Source: Candidatus Eiseniibacteriota bacterium (GTDB lineage: Bacteria > Eisenbacteria > RBG-16-71-46). From it: DNA of 64,000 nucleotides. Position 1 is the first letter of the stretch. Each line of letters begins with the position of its first letter. The notes beneath the pieces are model-generated. The model did not search any database. It saw nothing but the letters and a program-made list of their open reading frames with translations, and was not told the origin of the DNA. A program made the translations under genes and the position numbers. The stretch spans positions 3,392,001 through 3,456,000 of the forward strand of contig OY970342.1 of NCBI GenBank assembly GCA_963717505.1, written 5' to 3'. Below are positions 19,297 through 30,356 of this stretch, piece after piece.

Positions 19297-20604
19297 GTGA
19301 ACGCCCAGCCAAAGACTGACTCGAGACTTCACCACATCTCACGGAGCCTATTGGCGCTTGGCTTCGCAGGACTGGCGCTGGTCGTCGTTCCGAGGCCCGC
19401 GCGCGGTCAGAGCGAGGCAACTCCAGCCACCATCGACAGCACGGTCGAGGCGGGCGAGGCGGACGCCGAGGTGCCGCGGCGACGGCTGGTCAAGTGGAAC
19501 GAGTACGACGGGCCGGTCACGACAGTCCGACTCGGATACGGCTTCCTGGGCGACTTCGCCACCTTTTCGCAAGATGACGACAGCAAGCAGCAGATCGCCA
19601 TGGATCCCGGCGTTGAGGTGCGCGACTTTCGCCTCATCCTGGGCGGGCGCTTCAAGACGCGACGCAACATCTCATGGACCTTGGGATACATGTTCGACGG
19701 CGCGACCGAGTCTTGGCTCTTCCGCAAGACCGGCGTCCAGTTCGAGGTACCCGAGCTGTCCGGCCGTCTCTTCATCGGTCGAGACAAGGAGGGGTACTCC
19801 ATGGTCAAGGTCATGGTTGGCTACCATCCATGGGCGGTTGAACGAACCCCGATCGTCGACTTCGTGCCGATCCTTGCAGACGGCGTGAAGTGGCTGGGTT
19901 ACTTCCCGGAACAGCGCGTCCAAGTGACCCTCGGTTGGTTTACCGACGCACTGTGGGAAAACGAGAAGTATGCCACCTACGACTACCAGGTTGCGTCTCG
20001 CGTCGTATGGACGCCGGTCCTTTCGGAGACCGAGCGCAGCGTGCTCCACCTGGGATTGAGCGGCCGGTCCGGCAAGGCCGAAGGAGATGTCCTGCGGCTG
20101 CGCTCCAGGCCCGAATCGGATCTGGCGCCGTATTTTCTCGACACCGGCAAGATCCCGGCGAGTGGTGCAAGCGCGACGGGAATCGAGGCGTACTATCGGG
20201 CTGGCCCGTGGTTCTACGGCACGGAATACCACTGGCAGGTCTTCGACGCCTCGGACGGCACGACTCCAACGTTCCACGGTGGCAACGTTGTCGCTGCGTG
20301 GCTGATCACCGGGGAGACACGGGGCTACAACGCGCCGGGCGCATTCTTCAACGCCGTTTCGCCGGCGAAAACCGTCTTCGAGGGTGGGCCTGGAGCCTGG
20401 GAGGCCGTTCTGAACGTGTCCTATATCGACCTCGACTCCGGGAGCATTCGCGGTGGAAAGTTCTGGAGAGTGACACCGATGGTGAACTGGTTCCTCTCGG
20501 ACAATGTGCGTCTCGCAGCGGTCTATGGCTATGGCGTCCTGGATCGATTCGATCTCCAGGGTGCAACGCAGTTCTTCCAATTCCGTATCCAAACCTCGTT
20601 GTAG
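19297..20604 (+). CDS. OprO/OprP-type porin
   Basis: Signal peptide, LRLRSRPES, AWLITGETRGY, GAWEA, VNWFL, terminal FQFRIQTSL. Confidence 0.85.
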   Translation: MNAQPKTDSRLHHISRSLLALGFAGLALVVVPRPARGQSEATPATIDSTVEAGEADAEVPRRRLVKWNEYDGPVTTVRLGYGFLGDFATFSQDDDSKQQIAMDPGVEVRDFRLILGGRFKTRRNISWTLGYMFDGATESWLFRKTGVQFEVPELSGRLFIGRDKEGYSMVKVMVGYHPWAVERTPIVDFVPILADGVKWLGYFPEQRVQVTLGWFTDALWENEKYATYDYQVASRVVWTPVLSETERSVLHLGLSGRSGKAEGDVLRLRSRPESDLAPYFLDTGKIPASGASATGIEAYYRAGPWFYGTEYHWQVFDASDGTTPTFHGGNVVAAWLITGETRGYNAPGAFFNAVSPAKTVFEGGPGAWEAVLNVSYIDLDSGSIRGGKFWRVTPMVNWFLSDNVRLAAVYGYGVLDRFDLQGATQFFQFRIQTSL

Positions 20605-20716
20605 GGGAGAAACTGCGGCCACCGCGCGCTCAACCCGACCTGTCCCCAAGCCGATAGTTGGGATTGGCAACTTGGGTCGTTCCCCCTCATGGCGGGTGTC
20701 CGCTGCTTGATCCGCA

Positions 20717-21427
20717 ATGACCACACACGAGCCTGAATCGGCCTCTGAGCTGAGTGGACGGCGCTTCTTTGCTGCCTCGATGCTCGCGAACATGGTACTC
20801 GTCATAGTCTTCAACGCGTTCGCCAACGCGTATCTCGGGCGGAGTCCCGAGACGGCTATCCTCACGCTCTTTCTCTGGCCACACGCGTTCGCTCTAGGGC
20901 TGGCGTACGCCGTGGCCAGCAGAGGTCTCATGTCCGTGCGGGTGCTGGTGGTCCTCGTTGGCCTGACCGCTCCCTACCTCGCAGTGTCCATCGCGCCCCT
21001 CATGGCCCCCGTTGTCTCGCGAAACAATTCACAACCGAAGGAGTCGCGAGACCAAGTGACACAACGACACATGGAGTTCTTGCAGAACTACATGGGCGAG
21101 CCGCGGTCGGTGATCTTCGTGAGCCTTCCATACATCGTGGTGGAGGGAGGCTATAGCCTGGCACTCGTTAGCCTCAGAATTCCACGCGAGAACCTTGATT
21201 CCGCCACAATCGACCTCAAAGCTCGCCTCCTGGGGCGCAAGATCACGGCCACGTTGCCTCCCGATTACCTAGTGAGCTACAAGCCGGACATGCGAAACGT
21301 TGTCACCTCAACGTACGCACGAGGTAAGGCTCGGAGTTTCGGCGATGTCCCGGCCGTGATCGCCCTCGATGGCGTGGACGTGATCAAAGAGATCGACCAT
21401 CGCTGGGGCCGCGCGAAGGTGCGTTGA
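20717..21427 (+). CDS. Hypothetical protein with 3 N-terminal TM helices
   Basis: Hydrophobic N-half; the C-half is duplicated at 32744-33079. Confidence 0.7.
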   Translation: MTTHEPESASELSGRRFFAASMLANMVLVIVFNAFANAYLGRSPETAILTLFLWPHAFALGLAYAVASRGLMSVRVLVVLVGLTAPYLAVSIAPLMAPVVSRNNSQPKESRDQVTQRHMEFLQNYMGEPRSVIFVSLPYIVVEGGYSLALVSLRIPRENLDSATIDLKARLLGRKITATLPPDYLVSYKPDMRNVVTSTYARGKARSFGDVPAVIALDGVDVIKEIDHRWGRAKVR

Positions 21428-21443
21428 AAGCACGCGAGATCGC

Positions 21444-21478
21444 GAAGCCCTCGCCCAAACTGACGGCGCGAGGGCTTC
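21444..21478. terminator. Hairpin between convergent genes
   Basis: GAAGCCCTCGC...GCGAGGGCTTC. Confidence 0.55.
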
Positions 21479-21484
21479 TCACGC

Positions 21485-24400
21485 CTACTCCAGGACCGTC
21501 GCCCGCATGATCGCGAATCGTTCGCCCTGCGTCAGTCGCACGAAGTAGATCCCCGCCGCGAGCCGCCGATCTGCCAATTGGATCGTGTGCCGGCCGGCGC
21601 CAAGTGAACCCACCTCGCACACGGCCGCGCGGCGACCGCTCACGTCCATGGCCTCCAGCGTCGCGCGAGCGCCGCTCGGCAACGAGAAGGTCACGGCGAG
21701 TCGTCCGTCGCGCGAGGGGTTCGGCACCCGGTCCAGCGCGAACGCAATGGTCCCACTGCCCACGTCGAGCGTCCCGCCCGGCGTCACCAGGGCACACGCA
21801 CTCTCGTTGCCGTTCACGTCGACCGCGGAGAGCTTGTAGTACGACCCCGCAGGACCCACATCCGCGTAGTCCGTGGCCGATACGTTCGCGATCAGGTTGT
21901 CCGCGCTGGGAGTAAACGCGGCCGAGCTGCCGCGGTAGAGCTTGTAGTGCCAGAGGTCAGGTTCGGTGTTGTCTCCCCAGTGGAGTTGCGTGGCGCCGGC
22001 CGCGTATTCCGCCGTGAAGGGCGCGGGCGGAACGGGCGGGAGATTGTCCACCGAGTACCCGGAGTCGGGCGCCGAGTCGTAGTAAGTCGTGGGCGTGGCG
22101 GTCAACGCTCGCGCCAGGAAGACCGCATGGTGAAACCCGGCCCCGTTCGAGTCCGCGAGCGTGGGCACGACCACCTGATAGAAGTCGTCGCCGGTCGCCG
22201 TGATCATCGCCAGTTCGTCCCAGCCGAGGAGCTGAGTGCTGGCGGGATCGGCGCCGCGCCGATCCGTCACGGATCCGGCGGTGGCCAGGAGACCCGCAAC
22301 GACCTGCCGGCGAAGAATCTTGTAACCCGTGATCGGCGTTCCCGAACCGAGATGGTCGAACGGGCTGCGGGCGAACAGGAGTCGCACCCGTCCGCCCTGG
22401 TCGCTGGCCACGTCCGTCACACTCGTGACCGTCGGCGCCGCGGTACTGGCGACGAACATCTTCACGGGTGGTGCGATGCTGCCGAGGAGCTTGCCGTCAC
22501 CGCGGTAGACGGCTGAAAGGGAGCGGTCCCCGAGGTAGCGGCGCGAAGAGAGCCAGTCCGGCCACGCCGCCGTTGACGGGCGAGGTGCCGAGCAGCGTCG
22601 TGCCGTCGAAGAAACGCACCGAGTCGGTGGGAGCGCCGGAGCCAGGAGCGGGCACCGACACCGTCGCGGTCAGCGTGAGCGGCGCGCCGAGCGTCGCGGC
22701 GATGGAGACTCACGGCGAGCGTGGTGCGAGTCGTCACGAGCGCGAGCAGCACCGACACCGTGTTGGAGTCGTAGTTCGGACACCACCAGGTCGGGCCTGC
22801 CGTCGCCGTTCACGTCCCCGATCGCGACCGAGACCGGACCGGCCCCGGTGACGAAGTCGGTCTTGGCTCCGAACCCGCCCGCGCCGTTGCCCAGCAGCAC
22901 CGACACGGTGTTGGAGCCGCCGTTCGCCACCGCCAGGTCGGGCCTGCCGTCGCCGTTCACGTCCCCGATCGCGACCGAAGGAGGGGTTGGACCCGGTCAC
23001 GAAGTCGGTCTTCGCGCCGAAGCCGCCGGCGCCGTTGCCGAGACAGCACCGACACCGTGCTGGCACCGCTGTTCGCCACCGCCAGGTCGGGCTTGCCGTC
23101 GCCGTTCACGTCCCCGATCGCGACCGAGCAGGGAATCGACCCGGTCACGAAGTCGGTCTTGGCTCCGAACCCGCCGGCACCGTTGCCCAGCAGCACCGAC
23201 ACCGTGGCAGCAGCGTTGTTCGCCACCGCCAGATCGGGCTTGCCGTCGCCGTTCACGTCCCCGATCGCGACCGGAAGGGGAATGATCCCGGTCGCGAAGT
23301 CGGTCTTCGCCCCGAACCCACCGGCACCGTTGCCGAGCAGCACCGACACCGTGTTGGAGGAGTAGTTCGCCACCGCCAGGTCGGGCATGCCGTCGCCGTT
23401 CACGTCCGCGATCGCGATCGCAGTGGGGACTGGTCCCGGTCGTGAAGTCGGTCTTGGCCCCGAAGCCGCCGGCGCCGTTGCCCAGCAGCACCGACACCGT
23501 GTTGGAACCACTGTTCGCCACCGCCAGGTCGAGCTTGCCATCGCCGCTCACGTCCCCGATCGCGACTCCGAGGGGACCGGTCCCGGTCGTGAAGTCGGTC
23601 CTGGCGCCGAACCCGCCCGCGCCGTTCCCGAGCAGCAGCGATACGGTGTTGGAGCTAAGGTTTGTCAGTGCCAGGTCGAGCTTGCCGTCGCCGTTCACGT
23701 CCCCGATCACGGCCGGGTAGGGCCGGGTGCCGGTAGCGAAGTCGGCCTTGACCCGGTAGCCCCCCGCGCCGTTCCCCAGCAGTACCGACACCGTGCCCGC
23801 GCCGCTGTTCGCCACCGCCAGGTCGGGCTTGCCGTCGCCGTTCACGTCGCCGATCGCGAGCGACAGCGGATTGGCACCGGTGGCGAAGTCGGTCTTTGCC
23901 CCGAATCCGCCCGCACCGTCGCCCAGCAACACGGACACCGTGCTCGAGCCATAGTTCGCAGCCAGCAGGTCGGCCTTGCCGTCGCCGTTCACGTCCGCGA
24001 TCGTGGCTGATTGGGCCTGAGCTCCGGTGGCGAAGTCGGTCTTGGGCCAGAAGCCGCCAACGCCGTCTCCGAGCAACACCGACACCGTGGCGGCAGCCCC
24101 GTTCGCTGCCACCAGATCCGGCTTGCCATCGCCGCTCACGTCGCCGATTGCGACCGACGCGGCCCCGGACCCGGTCGTGAAGTCGGTCTTGGCGCCGAAT
24201 CCGCCCGTGCCGTTGCCCAGCAGTACGGACACAGTGCTGGAGTTGAAGTTCGCCACCGCCAGGTCCGGCCGGCCATCGCCGCTCACGTCCCCGATCGCAA
24301 TCGCGATCGGAGCGGCCCCGGTTGCGAAATCTGTCTTGGCCCCGAACCCGCCCGCGCCGTTTCCCAGCAACACCGAAACCGTGTTGGCGCCGTTGTTCGC

Positions 24401-24919
24401 CACCGCCAGGTCGGGTCTGCCATCGCCGTTCAGGTCGCCGATCGCGACCGCATCCGGAGAGGTTCCGGCCACAAGGTCGGTCCTGGCCCCGAACCCACCC
24501 GCGCCGTTACCCAGAAACACCGACACCGTGTTGCTGCCGCTGTTCGACACCGCCAGGTCAGGCCTTCCGTCAATATTCACATCCGCGACCGCGACCGAGT
24601 AGGGCGCGGGCCCGGTCGCGACATCGGTCTTTGCCCCGAAACCGCCCCTACCGTCGCCCAGTAACACGGATACCGTGTTCGAACTGTAGTTCGCCACCAC
24701 CAGGTCGAGCTTTGAATCGCCGCTCACGTCCGCGATCACAACCGACTTGGAATAGGCGCCGGCCGCAAAGTCGAATCGAACGCCGACGTTGAACGCTTGT
24801 GCGGAGGCCGGTGGTGAGCTCATGGATGCCAACAGCGCCAGCGTGACCGCGGATGCAGCGAGAGGCCCGAAGGGGATTGTTGGACGGCGCGGGCAGTGAT
24901 CGGCGTGGATGCGACGCAT
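21485..24919 (-). CDS. Secreted FG-GAP/VCBS repeat protein + Ig-like domains + T9SS-A/FlgD-like CTD; several frameshifts between ~22500 and 23430
   Basis: Signal peptide, 14 GDVNGDGxPDL repeats spread across frames, Ig-like TLTATVS..VRFFDG, CTD PNP..DVSGR..GIYFVRL; GGAGG RBS. Confidence 0.85.
22750..24790 (-). repeat. Intragenic tandem repeat, ~147-bp unit x14
   Basis: Recurrent + strand motifs gccgtcgccgttcacgtccccgatcgcgacc and cgaagtcggtctt. Confidence 0.85.
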
Positions 24920-25025
24920 GGGGCCTCCCGGGATTGTCTGGCTCTGCAGGTGGATCGTCAGAAGGTCGTACACACTTCTACGTCCGAGCCGACCCGACCG
25001 AACGTTCCGTCGGGCTCCGCGGGCC

Positions 25026-27827
25026 TTACTTCCCGATCTCGGACCGCCAGTTCAGAGCCACGCCGATCGTCGAGGGGGGCGCCCCAGTCGGGATGGATTC
25101 GAGGAAGCGATCCAGGGCGGGGGTCGCGGCGAGCCACAGCGCGTCGCTACGCAGCTTGAAGAGCCGCCGCGGAGTCCCGGCCTTGAAGGTCGGCGACGTC
25201 GTCACCGGCACCGACCAGATCGTGCCATCGAGTCCGACCAGGACGAGTTCCCTGCCGTCCTTCGACCACAACCCACGGGTTGCTCCCCCCGCCGACACCA
25301 GGTGTTTGTCGCCCGGTTTCGGGAATGGCTGAATGTAGATCTGGGGCTTTCCCGATTCATCGGAGGCGTAGGCCATCCATCGTCCATCGGGCGAGATGCT
25401 GCCGGCCACCTCTCCGAAATTGGATCGAAGGTAGGGAATCGGATTCCGTTCGCCCTCCATCGGCAGCAGCCACAGGTCCCAGCTGGTGACCGGATCGGCC
25501 TGCTCGAACACCAGGAATCGTCCGTCCGGGGACCACGCATTGACTTCCTTGAACTGGCCGCTCGATTGATAGACGAGCTTCTCTTCCGCGGACTGGCTCA
25601 CGAGCTTTTCATAGATATTGGTGGGGCCGTCGCGATCCGAGCTGAAGGCGACGCGGTTCCCATCCGGTGACCATGCGGGATACCCACCGATGCGTGACTG
25701 CGAACGGGCGGTGAGCCGGGTGGGCAGATCACTTGCCAGATCCAGCACCCACAGGTCCACCGCAACCGGTGAAATTCTTCGCACCGCCAGCAGCCGCCGC
25801 CCATCGGGCGAAAAGAACATCTTTTCGTATCGACCCTCGGGGATCGTGAGCTCTCCACCGTAGCGGCCGGAGCGATCCCGCCACATGAGCCGCGTGCTCG
25901 CGAGCGCAGCGGCGGGCTGGATTAGCACGCCGGTCATCGAGGCGGATGCCAGCCGCTGGCCGACGCTCTCGTCGGACGACGTCACGGGCCCGAGCGAGAC
26001 CGGAACACCGACCGGCTCCAGGCGGTGCGGGTCGAAACGCTGGGCCATCAGGCGGCCATGGCTCGCCGTGACCAGAACATCGTGCGCCGCACCGACCGGT
26101 GCGGCAGCGGAGCGCAGGACACGCTTGCGATCTGGCGAGTCGATGGCGGAACAGTAGACGTCGAACAGACCGTCCCGAGCCGGCAGGCTGACGAACAGAA
26201 AGTGTGTTCCGTCGGGCAGGAACTCCGGCCAGCGAAGCGCGGTCTCCTGCCGCGTGGAGTCCGGTTTCAGAATCTCGGCAACCGGACCTCCCTCGGCCGA
26301 GACGCGACAGAGAGGTCCGGTGGCGGCGGGCGCGAACACGATCACGCCGCCCTTTCCCCAGCTTCCTCCCCGCGGATCGAGCGCGGCGCACAGCACCTCG
26401 GAGGCACCGCCGGCGACCGAGACCTTCTTGAGTTTGCCGCCGGCAAAGAACCCCAGGTTGCGGCTGTCGGGCGCCCAGAACGGTCCGGTGGCGCCTTCCG
26501 TTCCATCGATCGGGCGGGCCACGAGTGTGCTGAGCGGCCTCAGCCACAGTCGATCGGTGCCGCTGGAATCGGTCGCCACCATTGCGAGCAGACGACCGTC
26601 GGGGGAAATTGCGGAGTTCAACGCGTTGGGCACGATCGTCGTGTTGGTCGGCGCCGACACCGAGAACTTCATGACCGGAGGGTGGACGCTGCGCGCGAGA
26701 AAGCGGGGAACGAGCAGCGCCGCGATGCCGACCACAAAGGTCACGACCGCTGCGACCGCGATCGCTTTCCAGGGATTCCGCGGCTTCCTGGGCTCCATCT
26801 CCTCCAGCACCGACTCGAGGGCCGAAGCCATCGGGGCGGCACCAGCGAAACGCGCCTCGGAGTTCGGCGCCATCGCGCGATCGATCGCTGCGATCAGCGC
26901 CGGCGGCGCGTCCGGGCGCTCGGTGGCCAGCGAGTTGGCAGGTCCGCGCTTCGCTTCGACCCGGAGCTCTTCGAAGGTTCGCGAGGCGAACGGAGGCCGT
27001 CCGGTCAGTGCCCAGCGCAGAGTCACACCCAGGGCGTAGATGTCCGTACGCGGCGTCGCCGGCTCACCGGCAAGCCCTCCCGGCGACATGAAGATCGGGG
27101 TACCCGATGCGCGCCACGCGGGGTCCGCGAACTCCCACCGACGCCCCAGCCCGAAGTCGGTCAGCACGACCCGGCCGGTCGCCTCGAGCATGATGTTCGC
27201 CGGCTTGATGTCGCGATGCACCACGCCGGCCGACTCCACCGCCTCGAGCGCGCGACACAGCTCGAGTCCGAGCCGTGCCACCTCGCGCGGAGGCAGCGCG
27301 CCGCGTCGTTCGATCTCCGCCGCGAGCGTGGAGCCTTCCAGGAACTCCATCCACATTCCGACCCGGCCATCGTGCTCGGCGATGCCGTGCACCGCCACCA
27401 CGCCGGGGTGGCGCACGCGCGCCAGCGCCCGCGCCTCTTCGAGCAGTGCCGAGTCGCTGACGCCCCCGGGGGCGGAACTGCGCGCCACCTGCAGGAACTT
27501 CAGCGCCACCTCGCGCTGGAGCCACCCATCCCAGGCCCGCCACACCTCGCCGCTGGCACCCGCGCGGGCGAGCTCGAGGAGCGTCAGATCCCCCCACGTC
27601 GCGGTGCCCGCCGGGCCACGCGACGCGGCGCGATCCTCCCGGCCGGATACCGCCTGGGCCGGCGATCGATGCAGGACCCGGTGAACCTCGGCGATGCGTT
27701 CGACGTCCCGCAGGGCTTCAACGCGTGCGCGGTCGGCCTCGTCGCCCGACTCGGCGAGAGTCCAGTCCACCGGGTCTCCGTCCGAAATCGAGCCCGTCAC
27801 TTTGTCGATGGGATCGTCAGCGCTCAT
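25026..27827 (-). CDS. Ser/Thr kinase + TM + TolB/PD40 beta-propeller
   Basis: VALKFL, HRDIKPAN, DFG; repeated SPDG blades; N-terminal ISDGDPVDW segment; overlaps the ECF stop. Confidence 0.9.
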   Translation of the reverse strand: MSADDPIDKVTGSISDGDPVDWTLAESGDEADRARVEALRDVERIAEVHRVLHRSPAQAVSGREDRAASRGPAGTATWGDLTLLELARAGASGEVWRAWDGWLQREVALKFLQVARSSAPGGVSDSALLEEARALARVRHPGVVAVHGIAEHDGRVGMWMEFLEGSTLAAEIERRGALPPREVARLGLELCRALEAVESAGVVHRDIKPANIMLEATGRVVLTDFGLGRRWEFADPAWRASGTPIFMSPGGLAGEPATPRTDIYALGVTLRWALTGRPPFASRTFEELRVEAKRGPANSLATERPDAPPALIAAIDRAMAPNSEARFAGAAPMASALESVLEEMEPRKPRNPWKAIAVAAVVTFVVGIAALLVPRFLARSVHPPVMKFSVSAPTNTTIVPNALNSAISPDGRLLAMVATDSSGTDRLWLRPLSTLVARPIDGTEGATGPFWAPDSRNLGFFAGGKLKKVSVAGGASEVLCAALDPRGGSWGKGGVIVFAPAATGPLCRVSAEGGPVAEILKPDSTRQETALRWPEFLPDGTHFLFVSLPARDGLFDVYCSAIDSPDRKRVLRSAAAPVGAAHDVLVTASHGRLMAQRFDPHRLEPVGVPVSLGPVTSSDESVGQRLASASMTGVLIQPAAALASTRLMWRDRSGRYGGELTIPEGRYEKMFFSPDGRRLLAVRRISPVAVDLWVLDLASDLPTRLTARSQSRIGGYPAWSPDGNRVAFSSDRDGPTNIYEKLVSQSAEEKLVYQSSGQFKEVNAWSPDGRFLVFEQADPVTSWDLWLLPMEGERNPIPYLRSNFGEVAGSISPDGRWMAYASDESGKPQIYIQPFPKPGDKHLVSAGGATRGLWSKDGRELVLVGLDGTIWSVPVTTSPTFKAGTPRRLFKLRSDALWLAATPALDRFLESIPTGAPPSTIGVALNWRSEIGK

Positions 27828-28404
27828 GACCCATGATCTCCGCGAGCTTCCGCAGCGAACGCTGCACGCCCATGCGGGCGGCATCGGGGCTCGGTCGGTC
27901 CATGATGGCCGCGATTTCGTCGTAGCTGAAGTCCAGTTCGATCCTCAGGTGCAGGAACAGTTGCTCCTCCGCCTGAAGCTGCGCCCGAGCCTTCTCATAA
28001 CGTTCGAGCAGATCCGCACCGATTGCCCTTTCGAGCGGGGAAGGCTCGCGATCCACCAGTGTCTCCGAGGCCGGTTCCGAACCGGCCCGCCGATTCGCCC
28101 AGCGCAGCTGGTCGAGAATGCGGTTGTGGATCGCCTGCCGTATGTAGGCCTGGAAACCGCCCGGCCCGCGCACCTCGATCCGGTCCAGGGATTCGATCGC
28201 CTTGAGGAGCGTCTCGTGGACCAGATCGCTGGTATCCATGAGGGAACGCGCGTACATCGGGAGGCGGCCGCTGGCCCAGCGATAGAGCCGCGGAAGGTAG
28301 CGGGTCATCAGCACCTCAAGTGCCGCGGCGTTGCCCTCCTTGGCCTGGCGCAGGAGGTCCGTCGTCAGCAGGAGATCCGGTGCGGGTGAGTCGGGCTTGG
28401 GCAT
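27817..28404 (-). CDS. ECF RNA polymerase sigma factor
   Basis: Region 2 DLVHETLLKA..FQAYIRQAIHNRILDQLR; region 4 FSYDEIAAIM..AARMGVQRSL. Confidence 0.92.
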   Translation of the reverse strand: MPKPDSPAPDLLLTTDLLRQAKEGNAAALEVLMTRYLPRLYRWASGRLPMYARSLMDTSDLVHETLLKAIESLDRIEVRGPGGFQAYIRQAIHNRILDQLRWANRRAGSEPASETLVDREPSPLERAIGADLLERYEKARAQLQAEEQLFLHLRIELDFSYDEIAAIMDRPSPDAARMGVQRSLRKLAEIMGHER

Positions 28405-28596
28405 CTTGGTTTACCGCATAAGGATAGGAACTAGCATGTGCGTGGACCCGACTCTACGCCCGTCCCGGCGCCCCGCTCCAGATTGGATTTCCCCCCGCTT
28501 GAGGCCCGACCGACCCGCGGCGCCGTCGCGCGACAGCATAGCCTGCCCGTAAGACGACACCCAGTCTCACCACGGTCCCGCGTTACACTCCGAGCC

Positions 28597-30258
28597 GTGC
28601 CCCCCAACCATCGCGACACGACGGTGACGACAGAGCTCCTGCTCCCGGACATCGGCCGCGACGAGCCACTCGCGGGGCCCGCGCCGAGTAACGAGCGCGT
28701 TGCGAGCCACCTGGTATCGAGAGCCGCGCGCCGCCTCGAAATCGTCTGCATCGCCACGTTTGTTTCCACGTTCTTGCTGTGGCTCGTCGTCAACTTTGCT
28801 CGGGGTGATCTCGCCAACGAATTCCGAGCGCTGTATCAGTGGTTGCCGCCGGCTGCAATTCTCGCGAGTTCGGCCACCATGTTTGCGGCCGTGCGCAGCC
28901 GGCGGTTTTCTCCTTCTACGCTCGTGCGCCTGGGGCTCGTCTATGAAGTCGTGATCAGCTTCGCCATGACGTGCGCCTCTTCCCTCGGGGCGTTTACGGG
29001 AATGGCCGCGTCCGACTTCAACGCCGATCGAGTCGGCCTCAGCTACGTGGCGCTGTGGACCCTCTTCTTCACGGTGCTCGTGCCGGCGCGGCCGCGCGAG
29101 GCGCTCGTCGCGCTCGTCGCCTCGTCCTCCGCCGTGCCGCTCGTTTATCTTCTCCAGGTGCGCGCGGGCGCCGCGCCGCAGCTCGGCCTCGATCCGTTTC
29201 TTCCTATCTTCGTCCTCCCGTATGCGATGGGCGTCGTGCTCGCGTACATCGCCGCGCGCATCGTGCACCGCCTCGGCGTCGAGGTGCGGCGCGCGCACGA
29301 GCTGGGGAGCTACCGGCTCGACGCGCTCCTCGGACGCGGCGGAATGGGCGAAGTGTGGCGCGCGTCGCATCGCACGCTCGCGCGCCCCGCCGCCATCAAG
29401 CTCATCCGGCGCGACGCGCTCGCGGCCGATGCCACTCTCGCCGAGGTCGCGGAGGCGCGCTTCGAGCGCGAGGCGCAGGTCATCGCGAGCCTCCAGTCGC
29501 CGCACACGGTGGAGCTATACGATTTCGGCACCACCGAGGACGGCATGTTGTACTACGTGATGGAACTTCTCGATGGCGTCGACCTGGACGCGCTCGTGCG
29601 CAACTTCGGGCCACTGCCGCCCGATCGGGTCGTGCACCTTCTCCGCCAAGCGTGCGCGTCGCTCGCCGAGGCGCACCAACGCGGCGTGGTGCACCGCGAT
29701 ATCAAGCCAGCGAACATCTATCTGTGCCGGCGAGGCATCGAACATGATGTCGTGAAGGTGCTCGACTTCGGCTTGGTGAAGCAGTTTGCGCGCGAGGATT
29801 ACGCTGATGCGGGCGCCGCGCGCGTGGCGCTGACGCACGCCAACGTCGTGGCCGGCACGCCGCACTATATGGCGCCCGAGATGGCGCTGGGGGAACGCAG
29901 TATCGATGGGCGCGCCGACATCTACGCACTCGGTTGTGTCGCGTTCTGGCTTCTGACCGGACGCGTCGTCTTCGAGGCCGAAACGTCGACCGCAGCGATT
30001 GTCGCGCACGTGAGGCAGGAACCTCGGCCGCCGAGCGCGGCAAGCGACATGTCAATTCCCGCCTCGCTCGACCGCATCGTGCTCGACTGCCTCGCGAAGG
30101 ACCCGGCCGCGCGCCCGCAAACTCCCGAGCAGCTCGCCGCGCGCCTGGCCGATGTGCCGCTCGCCCGCGCGTGGACGGAAGCCGACGCGGCGCGCTGGTG
30201 GGCGGCGCATCAACCGGCGGCGGCGTCAGGGGCCCCTGCGCCGATGAGTCGTGGCTAG
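28597..30258 (+). CDS. Membrane Ser/Thr kinase (N-terminal multi-TM, C-terminal kinase)
   Basis: About six TM helices then LGRGGMGEVW, HRDIKPAN, DFG, GTPHYMAPE; GTG start 7 nt after TACACT (alternative start 28624). Confidence 0.9.
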   Translation: MPPNHRDTTVTTELLLPDIGRDEPLAGPAPSNERVASHLVSRAARRLEIVCIATFVSTFLLWLVVNFARGDLANEFRALYQWLPPAAILASSATMFAAVRSRRFSPSTLVRLGLVYEVVISFAMTCASSLGAFTGMAASDFNADRVGLSYVALWTLFFTVLVPARPREALVALVASSSAVPLVYLLQVRAGAAPQLGLDPFLPIFVLPYAMGVVLAYIAARIVHRLGVEVRRAHELGSYRLDALLGRGGMGEVWRASHRTLARPAAIKLIRRDALAADATLAEVAEARFEREAQVIASLQSPHTVELYDFGTTEDGMLYYVMELLDGVDLDALVRNFGPLPPDRVVHLLRQACASLAEAHQRGVVHRDIKPANIYLCRRGIEHDVVKVLDFGLVKQFAREDYADAGAARVALTHANVVAGTPHYMAPEMALGERSIDGRADIYALGCVAFWLLTGRVVFEAETSTAAIVAHVRQEPRPPSAASDMSIPASLDRIVLDCLAKDPAARPQTPEQLAARLADVPLARAWTEADAARWWAAHQPAAASGAPAPMSRG

Positions 30259-30356
30259 TGTTCGGCAAGCGTGGGCAGTGTTCGCCGCCTACGAGTAGTG
30301 GTCGTAGCCGCTCCGACGCGCAGACGCGTCGTTCATCTATGGGGTAGATTCACTCG

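Noticed and set aside
21424-21530. Similarity of antisense GEGFAISRA to the FG-GAP C-terminus GERFAIMRA
   Set aside because: It is too short and overlaps a hairpin arm, so it is probably coincidental.
22750-24790. Regular repeats as a possible CRISPR array
   Set aside because: They are ~147-bp coding FG-GAP units with synonymous variation, no unique spacers and no cas genes.
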